Assembly: GCA_002633005.1 (NCBI GenBank)
Contig: NMRA01000015.1
Location: 613,239 to 677,238 of the forward strand
DNA from: Phoronis australis
Taxonomy: Eukaryota > Animalia > Phoronida
Direction of reading: 5' to 3'
DNA length: 64,000 bases
This document shows positions 13,586-25,500 of this stretch, one piece after another. The translations under genes were made by a program, and so were the position numbers. Below the pieces are notes generated by a model. It was given only the letters and a program-made list of their open reading frames with translations. It made no database searches and was not told the DNA's origin. Each line of letters opens with the position of its first letter. Position 1 is the first letter of the stretch.

Positions 13586-16500
13586 AAGGTAGGCATGCAT
13601 GTATATATGTAGGTATGTATGCATGTATGCTCATATGTATGTATGCAAATGTATGTGCATGTATGCATATATGTTTTTATTTTGTTTAACCATGTTTCCA
13701 ATTTATTATTAATGTTTATATCACCATTTTTAAAACAGCACTTGTATGGCACCCAAATTCAGATGCCCATAATAAAGTAAGCGCTTTGTAAAACAGTGAG
13801 AATCTAAAACAATATTACGAAGAAACGACGAACAACCCGAAAATAATTAGTTCGCTCTTGTGTATGTATGCATGCATTATTTTATGTTGTTTCAACCGCA
13901 AGTTTCGAAGCAGTGTATTTCTGTATGTATGTACGCATGTATGTATGAATGTTTCCTAGTGACCCTGTTGTAGAAAGTTTAGGCGTGAACTGTTTTTCAG
14001 ACACATGCATCGCTTTTAACTGCGACTTTGCGTGTAGGGAAGTCAAAGGCAATTCAAATCCATGTATTTGTCCGTCAGGTGCTACGTTGATGTATCTGGG
14101 AGCGTGCAGACGTAAGTTAATTCACACTTGAGTATATGGACTGGTGTACACTAACCGATGCAAGCGTCTTTTGCAGTATAGAATTGTAAAATTGGAGTCA
14201 TCAATCATGAATCAAGCAAATGCCGCTAGGGCGATTGTCAGTCTCTTCCATTAGCCACAACTGTGACATCGATCAGTTTAGCTATTTTGGGGCTTGGTGA
14301 ACCATGTCTCATCTGCTCGCTGATTAGCCATCGTTAGACGAAATTCCCTGACAAGAGTGACCAAGAAACCTCCAGACACTTCAATACTTAAATAACGGTT
14401 CTTGAAGGCTCTTGTCCTTTTTTCTTTGGTGTGATAAAGTTGAGTATTTTTTCAGAAACTAAATCAGATTCCATGCGTGCACCCAGGAGGGGTTCAAGGG
14501 CTCCAACGAGTCCTCTATTAGGCGAAGTGGGCAAATAGGTCCGCCTCGAGAAACAAAAAGGACGAGAAAACGAGACAAAATTCCACTAAAAAGGCAGGAA
14601 TTTGGCAAATGCACAATTCATAACTTTGAACGTACCCCGTCTTTTAGTAAGAAGTCCACAATATCAAAAAATCGAGCCTCGATCCATTTTTAGGCTGGGT
14701 GCACGCATGGAACCAAAGGCACAGTTTAGCTATTGTTGCTGGCATTGTTGTTGCTACCATTCGTGATTCGCAAGCAGGAGGCACTGTTTTGGTTATTGTT
14801 TGAAATAAAAGGTGTTCGCGCATTCATTGTCAAGCGCGAGCCAAGCGACTTGTGAGAGATGCTGATGTGAAACCCTTGCATGCATTTCGATATCTCGCCA
14901 ACTATCGCACAATCTTGAATTTTGCGATGTTCTCACGTCTACGGACTAGACTTGTACTGTAACCGAGAATAATAGACGACTTCGGTCTATTCTGACTTAT
15001 GAACAGTCATCTATAATAGAAATGACGTCAAGTAACTTAGCAGCGATGACTGCCCCTCCCAACAAGGATGCAGGCTGTTCCCCCTTTGAGCATAGATGTC
15101 CAATGGGTAACACACTTACAATCTTTAATGTCCGTATTTACTGCACTAATAGTTCATGGTCAAATGCTCCACCAAGGCGACACCTGTACCACGATATATT
15201 CAACTCGTGTGATTTTAGGAAGTCCAGTCAAGAATTTGACTGTAATAGGCTGGAGGCTAGCTACCTCAGAAGATCTCGAGCATGAGACAAATCTTACGCT
15301 AACATTTAAGGTTTTCTTACCCTAGCGCCTAAGCGAGCCTATGTAAGCCAGACTGTGACTGACCCATCATAACCGATTCGCAAATTAATGCTCGTTACTT
15401 AACCGCGATGCTGAAGAAAATCTATTCGCTAATTTCTCTTATAATGCATCGATTTGAAAAATTAAAAGACTATTACTATTTAATTTTAAAACAGTTATGT
15501 TTGTCTTACTTATTGTTAGATTTTTTTACTTTGAAACTTGTACCCTAAACTGGCGCGTTTAACTTAGTTTACGACCGCCAGATCCCTGGACCTACCGGAG
15601 CTAGCTGCTTGCCTTGAACAAGGTGAGTGTCTCATCCAGCATGTTGAGCCAAACCCCATGAATAGCGACTAGCTCACTTTAAAGGTGAAGGCAACCTTTT
15701 TTCATGTCATTTTTAGCAAAAATAAGGTTCGTTGATTATCCCAGACATATTTTTTCACTTAATTACTGCTTGTCGTAATTTAATTAATTACTCGTCGTCT
15801 ACACCAGAAGTGACGTTTTGGGAGGCAAGAATTTCTTTTCATGTAGTCTGACTGTGAGAGCAGTCGAGTCAATCATTGTTCTACCTCGGTTGTGATAAGT
15901 TCGGTCGTCGCTTGCTTTTGCTTACAAGTCAGTCAACTTGCCACGCTGTTGCTGCGTACTAGGGTGTACTCATTATTGTCTCACGTACAGAGGAAGAACT
16001 GTCCCACTTGCCCGATTGTCCCGCGACACATTCCCACTGGAGGGTGATCTGAGCACCCAAACTGCTTACATCCCGCCGTGTGACTCCCGCGCCACACATC
16101 TGGCACCTTCCAAATAGCTCCAATACACGTCCACAATAAACTTATCAAACTTAGGCTCACCGATCTGTTCATTGGATGACGAACTGTCCTCTTCACTGGG
16201 TGTCGTACTGGGCTTGTATTCACTCCCACTACTCGACATCGCTGCAGGGCTGCTTACAGGCTCTGGGCTAGAGACAACAGCACAGGGCGAATCAATGCTA
16301 GTTCCCGGAATTGCACGCAATGGGGTACGTTCAGAGGCACGGGTAACAGTAGATGAAGTGCCTCCATGCAGTCACTGTATATAGTGGCCACAGCTCGCGA
16401 GGCTTCTCGCTTTAAAAACGCACTTGTCGGGGTTGGCGACGGGGCTCTTCCGGGAATCAACAGCGACGGTATGATACCCTTCTTCAGGCGTTGTTTTGCA

Positions 16501-19500
16501 GGGACCTTCATCAATTCAGCGTACATATCTGTCATAATTTGACGGCAGAAAATGCTTGCTACACACTCGGTAACCCTCCATTGCTTTGTACGTTGCGTGG
16601 ACGGGTAGCGCTGCGTTCTTCAAATGAACGAGCTAGCCAAGTATGGGGAAGTGTGTCATCCTTCGGAAAGCGACGCAAGGTACCCAAAGCGCGTGTGAGA
16701 CGATAATGAGTACATCCCGGCACGCAGCAACAGCGTGGCATGTTGACTGACTTGTAAACAAAAGCAAACGACGACCGAACTTATCGCAAACGAGGTAGAA
16801 CAATNNNNNNNNNNNNNNNNNNNNNNNNNNNNNNNNNNNNNNNNNNNNNNNNNNNNNNNNNNNNNNNNNNNNNNNNNNNNNNNNNNNNNNNNNNNNNNNN
16901 NNNNNNNNNNNNNNNNNNNNNNNNNNNNNNNNNNNNNNNNNNNNNNNNNNNNNNNNNNNNNNNNNNNNNNNNNNNNNNNNNNNNNNNNNNNNNNNNNNNN
17001 NNNNNNNNNNNNNNNNNNNNNNNNNNNNNNNNNNNNNNNNNNNNNNNNNNNNNNNNTGCCGTCATCTCCGTCTGTCCGGCGTCCGCTGCTCTATCTCCAA
17101 AACGCTTTGTTGTCACATTCATGAAATTTTGCACATATGTTCCTATCATAGATGGGACGGCATGAGCGAACTTTCGGACGGATCCGACTACCGGTGTGCC
17201 CCCTAGTGGCAATTTTAGTTTTTTACGCTTACTTCTATATCTTCAAAGGTCCTAAACGTATTTTCATAAAATTTGGCATATAGGGCCTAGGCATCTATTA
17301 GTGAGATGACCGCTATCATCCTCCAGTTTTCGCGGATGGATTCGACATAGTTTGCGCCACCCAGTGGAAATTTTTGCTGTTTCCGAGTCTGTTTTTAGGC
17401 GTCCATCCCACTATCAACCAAACTGCTCTATAAAGATGATCGTGGAAATTGGGATGTACGTTTTTATTAAGGAGAAGACGGCTGACGATGATTTTCCGAC
17501 AATGATTTTGACTACTGTGGCGCCTCCTAGTGGCAGTTTTGTCTCTGACTACCGGTGTGCCCTCTAGTGGCAATTTATATTTTTACGTTTACCTCTGTAT
17601 CTTCAATAGTCCTCAACGTATTTTCATAAAATTTGAATAGGCACCTATTAGTGAGATGAAGCTATCCTGCCATTTTCGGATGGATTTGACGTAGTTTGCG
17701 CCACCTAGTGGCCATTTTTACTGTTTTTAGTCGGTTTTTGGTGTCCACCCCTCTATCAACTAAACCGCACTGAGGATGATTGTGAAAATTGGCATTTATG
17801 TTCTTACTACGAAGTTGACGATGATTTACCAGCGACTTCGACAACTGTGGCGCCTCCTAGTGGCATTTTTTGCGCCCTTGGCTGTATCTCCTAAACGGTT
17901 TGCAGCATCTTTGCTAAATTTAGAAAGTGTATTTATATGATGTTAACAACTGATGACAACAACTTTTGGAGGGATCTGACAACCAGTGTGCCGTGTAGTG
18001 GCAATTTTCATTTTTTAGGCTTAACTCTGTATCTTCAAAGGTCCTCAGAACGGATTATCAGAAAGTCTGGAATATAGGCATTGGTGAGATGATGCTATCC
18101 TCCCGCTGTGGGATGGAATCGAGAAACTTTAGCACCACCTATTGGCCATTATTCCTGTTTCCGAGTCTTGTTTTTTGGCGTCCACTCCTCGATCAACCAA
18201 ACCATTCTGAGGATGACTTTGAAAATTGGTATAGTGGTATATGCGCTCAGTCTGAAGAGGAAAGTTGATAATAACGCATTTGACTACTGTAGCGCCTCCT
18301 AGTGGTAGTTTTGTTTTGTTTTGTTTTGTGGCCATAGCTGCATCTCCTAAACTCACTGCAGGATCTCTATTAAAGAAGCGATGGCATGTACCCATTTTCA
18401 GATGGATTGGATGTTTTTTCGCCCTCTTGTGGCTATTTTTATGAAACAAATAATCAACCCTAGAAGCACACCGTTTGCGGTGCATTCGTGGGCGCATTTC
18501 AACGCTCCGCGTTGATCTTGTTACACATTTCATAATCATATTACGTCGCTGAATGACTTCCTCATAAGACTTACCTACGCAAATCTACTCTTACTCAAGT
18601 CGGGTGCGTAAAAACAAAAACTGGCGTAAGAATATGACCTGAAATGGCGTGTTGTCACGGAAATAGTCCCACGAGCGGCTACCAATGGCCCAGTTCTACT
18701 AAACGTAGGGAGAGGGTACGTTAACACGGTGGTTAAATTGAATGGACATAATTTCACATTTTCATTATTTGCGTTCTGTTGTATACTCCTTTACAATATA
18801 TTCCATGTGACGTTGAGATACTTTTTAGTTAGCAGTTTCTTTTTTAAAATCACATATTCGTCGTTTCCTCGCACTCTCCCAAAAAAGCTTGAAATCGTCA
18901 TTCACTCAAGAGCAGATGAAACGATAACAATTTGCCGGAAACGTTATTTGTAACGTTGGTAGGTCTTTGCTTTGATTTGATCGCGTTGTTTTTTCTGTTT
19001 TTAGTGGCTTTCAAACTTGCCGAATGGACTTCCTCAATTGTAAAAAAGGAAAAGCCACCCGAGCTCACTGCTCGACCAGTGCTATACGGTGGGGCGTAGA
19101 CGCACCTAGGCCCAGCCAACCACCTTTTAGCATTTGAACATAGCGCCTACTCACCGTCTTAACTTACGTTCAGTGCTCAAGGTGATACGGTGGGCTTTTG
19201 GCGCCTACTTACCTCTAATTTTACCACTACAGCACTGTGCCCGACTCGTTGGTTCTGCAAGTCAGCGCCTGTTCTATGTTCAGTTTGATTCGAGCTTGTG
19301 TAGACTGGGACGAGGGGTTTGAGGGCCGTGAGTCGAGGGGGTCGTGGATTGTGGGGCTCGAGTGGGTTTTCGAAGCTCTTATCTCACGTCAACGATTGAA
19401 TCATTGGCCTGACTGACATGTTTCACGTACCATGCACTTGTCTTTGCGAGTAAATTGGCATCAAGCTACGTGTGCTAAGCGTTTCAGTTAATTTCGAAGG

Positions 19501-22500
19501 CAACAGACAGAGCGCATAACTCTTCGTCTGCTCCATATTATTGAGAACGGGGTTGGCCCTGGGTGGTGATTGAGGTTGCGATTCTCTCTCGAAAGAGAGC
19601 CGGCTTGATGGCACATCTTTTGTTATGAGTCTTAGACTGACTAGGCAACTAACTCTATTGTCAATTAGTTCAAATTTCTTTAGTAATTGTCTTGATATTT
19701 GCCATCACTCCAACTGCAGTTGTAAAACAGCAAATTAACTGCGTCTCAGTTCTTATCAGTACGTGAGGATCACCAACTCAATACGACTGAGACGCAAGTC
19801 GAGAATACTTTATATTGCAGCGAAAACTCCGTGCGAGTTGCTGAGCTGCCACAATGCGTCCGGAGCAAGTTGCAGTGAGGACGAACCTGCTAGGTGTGAA
19901 TGTCTTAAAGACGGGTACCATCTTAGCGCCGATGGTAAAAGGTGCGAAGGTGAGAGAGCGCGGGAGAGCGCGGGAGGGAGGGAGGGGGAGAGGGGCCGGA
20001 GAGGAGAGGGGATGCGGAAATTTCATAGTTTGGAAGTTTAGACAAAATTAGATTTTTTAGCAATTAACCAGTTTCTTGGAACGGGCCCCTGGATCCTATC
20101 AAGAACGCACCCTTTATATGAATGAACAATTAACAACGCATTACATCAATGACTAGTTAAAAAGATACATAAAAATGTGAGGTACACTTAGAGAAAACAA
20201 AACGAAGTAGGGCTAGTGTTAGCGACTGACTTACAAGAGGACTAACACAGCTCGATCTGGGAGGATGGGGTGATAACTTGTTTCACATAAAGCGTAGTTG
20301 GAGATTGTGGGGTATTTGATGGGGTTGTAGACTGCTGTGGAGTCTAACCGGTTCGTTGCTTGTTAGATGGAGATAAAAACTGACTACATCGATTGAAGGC
20401 TATAAGAACACACAAAGTTTATTGGCTCTAACTACAGTATATATAGCAACTCAAAATATGTGTGGGTTTTGGGTGTATTTGAGTCAGTTCCTGTGACGTC
20501 AACACAAATAGTAAACTTTTATGAATGGAATTCCACAATCTCGTCCTGGCATGCCATATATGGAAAATGACTTGTTTACCAGACAACCAGATGCACTGAA
20601 ACAATAACATTGATATGCTGAGGTCACTACTCACAGGAACTATTATGTAACAACTCTTCCTTTTGCCAGAGTTCAATGAAAAAACAGGATATGACTCACT
20701 TTCACTTGATCATCATGAGAATTCATGACACTCCGCCGGCCAAAAACGTTAAAATATTCGAATTTTAAAATCAACTGAATCGCACCAAAAACCACACATC
20801 ATATTAAAATAAAAGGCATGCAACTAATCATCATAATCAGGTTACGCTTGAATTACACTAGTTGATATGTTTACACTAATACTAATTGTTCATCTTGGTG
20901 AGCAAGCTGTTTCCGAATTTTTTCCATTGCCAATTGCGCGGCTTGACGTCTTGGTCTATCAAGGACAGTCTCCTGGTTTGATTCTCGTTCAGTGGCAGTC
21001 TGTTCACTTGTATCTGATCCACCCTTATAGTTTACCTCCAGTGGATATAATTTGGCAATAGGGCGATTTGTGTATCCACCCTTTGTTTTGATCGTTGCAG
21101 ATCGCACAAATCCATCTGCGCCCACGTTTACTTCGGTAACAATACCCATAGGCCAATTGACACGTTTTTCGATGTCCATGTGGATTAATACAATGTCTCC
21201 TTTGTTTATAGTATTACACTGAGTGCGTCCATGCGTTGTGGTCTGAGAATGTCTCTCACGTAAAATTGGTAAATACTCTCCTTTCCAACGCTTCCAAAAG
21301 TCCGTAAAGAGTCTATCCAAATATCTAACGCGGCTAGTCATGGCGTCGCGTTGAAGCGTAAAATCAGGATCTGTAATTTCATCAATCTCTACAAACTGTC
21401 GAGGTAAAGTTGACGTTATACGTCCATGGATCAGGTGTGATGGAGTGAGTGGTACTGGATCATCCTTGTCACTTGAGATGTAGGTTAGTGGTCTGTTGTT
21501 GATAACAGCTTCGATTTCCGTTAACAATGTGACGAGTTCATCGTATGTGACGCAGGATTTCCCTAACACCTTCTTCAGTGATGTTTTGGTAATGCCAATG
21601 AGTCTTTCATAGAAGCCACCAAACCAAGGCGCTCTTTTAGGAATAAAAGACCATTTGACGCGTTTTTGACGAAGATGATTCTCAACAGGGACACTTTCGA
21701 TTAGATTTCTGATGTTTTCCGCTGAAGATACGAATGTCGACGCATTGTCTGAGATGACATGGCTGGGTACACTTTTTCTGCTGCAAAATCTGCGAAAGGC
21801 TCGGATAAATGCTTCTGAACTCATGTCTGTGACTAGTTCCAGGTGACATCCTCTGGTGACAGCACACGTTATCAACAATACGTAACACTTATTTCGGTTC
21901 GAAGTTGTATTTCGATAGTAAAGCGTACCTGTAAAATCCACTCCAACAATAGTGAATGGTGGTGCTTCTTCAAGCCTGTATTTAGGTAGGGGAGGATCCA
22001 GGGGTCTCGCATAGGGTTGTCCATTAACTTTGAGGCATAGGACACACTTCCGTAGCACCGACTTGACAATTTGTCTGATTATTGGTATCCAGAACTGTTG
22101 TCCCAAATGAGTAATCGTTGATAAAGTTCCAGCATGTTTGAGTAATCCATGTGCATATTCAGTGAAAATCTGTCATTCGGTGGAAGCAATATAGGAAATT
22201 TAGCATCATATGTGCTGTATGCATGCTCAAGCCTTCCCCGACAACGAATGACGGTATTATCATCAAGGAATAATTTCAATTGTCGCACAATGGAGACTTC
22301 GATTTTGAGCCTCGGAGAACTTCTAATTCACGGTAATAATGCTGTCGTTGAACGTGTTTAATCCACAATAACTTGGCTTGGTTCAGGTATTCTACGGTCA
22401 ATTTTGAACTTGTTTCTTGCTTGCGTAATCTGTGCACAAACTTCATCACATAGGCAGTCACATGTAGCAGTGTGTCCAGGGTAGAAAATCTATTAACATC

Positions 22501-25500
22501 AATGATTGCTTTAAGGTCAAGAGTGTATACCTCTGCTTGTGTCTGTTGTGTCTGCTGCTGTTGTTGTTGCGTAACGTCAGTAACATCTGTAGTTGTGTCT
22601 GTTGTCTGGAGTGTTGGTTGGACATCTGGAAGTAATCCATCTGTTATCAGTTGTGCTCAGATCACACATGTCAGTATTACACGACATCACAATACTGTCT
22701 GGGGAAGGATTGATAGGCCAGTCACCTTTGGGTAACCGTACTGGACCCGACCACCATAGTTGCGATGACTTCAAGTTTTCAGTGGAAATGCCTCTTGTCA
22801 GCAAATCTGCAGGATTATCTGCTGAAGGACAATATGTGACGTCGTCGAACCTTGCAGACTGTATTTCGCGTACTCTGTTTGCGACAAATACGGGTAGTTT
22901 TTTGTCACAAAGAATCCAGTGTAGAGTGATTTGGCTATCTGTCCAAAATACTCTCTTGTTCACTTGGAGATGGCTAGAACTTAGTGATTTCATGACGAAG
23001 TTTGACAGTCGAGTTCCTATCAGTGTAGCCATTAATTCCAATCGGGGTAGTGTGATGTCCTTTGTCGGTTTTACTCTTGTTTTTGCCATCGCCAGGGTAC
23101 TCTCGTTTCCATGTTTTAAGTAGACCGCAGCACCACAAGCAAGCGAGCTGACATCGCAAAACACATGGAGCTCAATAGGATTTTTGGTAGGTTCATTGAA
23201 ATACTGGCGCGGCACCGTGATGGATCGGGCAGCAGTGAGATCTTGAAATATGTCATTCCATCGCTCATATAGTGTAGATGAGAGTGGGTCGTCCCAGTTC
23301 CATTTCTCCTGCCACAGTTGTTGGATTAATAGTTTAGCCTAGCCTTGACATGAACTGGGGACAGAAATCCGAGGGGGTCAAACAAGGTAGATGTCAATTT
23401 CAGCACTTGTCGCTTGGTCACTTCACCATGAGGTTGAGTTGACTGTGGTGTATACATTAGGTAATCTGTAGCTGTGTTCCATCGCAGACCTAGGACATTG
23501 ACAATTTGATTGGCATCTCCATTATCATCTGCATTTATTTTGGCTTGTAGTATGGGGTCATTTGTGGCCCATGACCTCAATTTAAAGCCAGCTTGTTGCA
23601 TAACACCATTAGCCTTGGTGTAGTATTCCACTGCTTGTTGAGAGGAATCTTCTTGGTCGTTACTTGATGTAACACCACTTAAGAATATTATCAACGTAAA
23701 TATTCTGTTGAATGTCGCTGGTCACAGGATCATCATAGTTGTCCAAATGTGTTTTGATGACTGAGTTCAGGATGAACGGACTGGAGCGGGAACCAAATAG
23801 GACGGACTTGAATCTGTACACCTGAAATTCACTTTCTGGATTCGCTGGATCAGTTAGCCACAGAAATTTCGTGTAGTTGCGGTCAGCCTTATGTAACCGG
23901 ACGTTTAAAAGTGCTTTCTCGATATCGCTTGTGAATGCGACTGTCTTGGTGCGAAAACGTATCAGGATCGAGACAAGATCATTCAGTAGGGGCGTTCCTG
24001 TTTCCAGACAGTCGTTGAGGCTTGGATTATGTTGAGTGGAACAGCTGCAATAGTAAACAATTCGAATGGGAGGTGGCGGCGACTGCAGGCGCTGTTGTGT
24101 CCACGGATCCTGGGGGCGTAGGGGGGCTGTCATGGGCTGCTCCTGTCAGTAGACTTCCTGCCATTGGGAGGGAGGTTGTGACACCTTGCTTCTTGTCTCG
24201 TTGCTGCCTTAGGTTCAATAGTTTCATGTTGACGTTGTCGAAGTACTCGGCCGACTCTTCATAAAAGGCTTCGATGTCTGTCGTTGGGGTGGTGTCGGCG
24301 ATCTCGTCGTCCAGCTTGTCAAGTAGGTTGACTTTGTCGTGGCAGAGTTGAATATGTGCATTGACTGCATCCAATTCTTCAGTGGTAATATTCTCTTGCT
24401 GTAGAATATTACGTGCGGCAGCAAGGTTTTGAGTGATCTTGCCGCGGTGTGCTCTCCTCTTGTTCATGAGTTTCTCCATCTCGGGTCACTTGGCACCAAC
24501 AAATGTGGGGTATTTGATGAGGTTGTAGACTGCTGTGGAGTCTAACCGGTTCGTTGCTTGTTAGATGGAGATAAAAACTGACTACATCGATTGAAGGCTA
24601 TAAGAACACACAAAGTTTATTGGCTCTAACTACAGTATATATAGCAACTCAAAATATGTGTGGGTTTTGGGTGTATTTGAGTCAGTTCCTGTGACGTCAA
24701 CACAAATAGTAAACTTTTATGAATGGAATTCCACAATCTCGTCCTGGCATGCCATATATGGAAAGTGACTTGTTTACCAGACAACCAGATGCACTGAAAC
24801 AATAACATTGATATGCTGAGGTCACTACTCACAGGAACTATTATGTAACAACTCTCCCTTTTGCCAGAGTTCAATGAAAAAACAGGATATGACTCACTTT
24901 CACTTGATCATCATGAGAATTCATGACAGAGATATAACAAATTGGGTCGTAGTTAACGGATGAGTATGTAGAATAGTTGGAAGCTCATCGGAAGCTGTCG
25001 GAAGGCACCGTCTGACGCCGGCCGACGAATATTCACTGCGTCACTTCCGGCTTAATATTTCCTTTAACTGTTTTGATCAAGTCATCTTAAAAGGTGTGAA
25101 ACGACATTTATACAATGTCAAATGTGTCTAGCCGAAGAAAGCATATAAACATAGTGACATTATCCACTTAACTTGTACTTTTCTTGCTAGAAAATAAGTC
25201 TTGCCAGGAGTTACAGTGCGACATCTTAACATCAGCCACGTGCGACCAAAGGGGCGGTGTCTATAAATGTTTCTGCCCTCCCGGTTACACGCTTGAAGAA
25301 GATGGAAAACGGTGCCGAGGTAAACGTTGGTTTGTATATGAAGCGAGCGTAAACGCAGCTCTAATACAAATTATATATCCCTTTAATTAAAGGGCTATAA
25401 CCCACATTTGCATGGCTAAGGTGCGTATGCTTCTTCACAGCGACGTCTACCGTATATGTTAGGCTTATGGTATAAACACAAAGGCTCTTGTGTATGGTGT

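Larger units (their letters stand above)
20306..24928 (-). mobile_element. BEL/Pao LTR retrotransposon, internally deleted and frameshifted
   Basis: 425-bp direct repeats TG...CA at 20306-20730 and 24504-24928; 5-bp TSD GAGAT; PBS TGGTGCCAAGTGACCCGAGAT; Pao-type RT (SLNDCL..G, YVDN), RNase H (ELHVFCD), integrase (GVDFTG, SDNA, PWFGGFYERL). Confidence 0.97.

Noticed and set aside
12651-13752. Long ORFs of 196-327 aa
   Set aside because: Artefacts of the N gap and TA/TG microsatellite.
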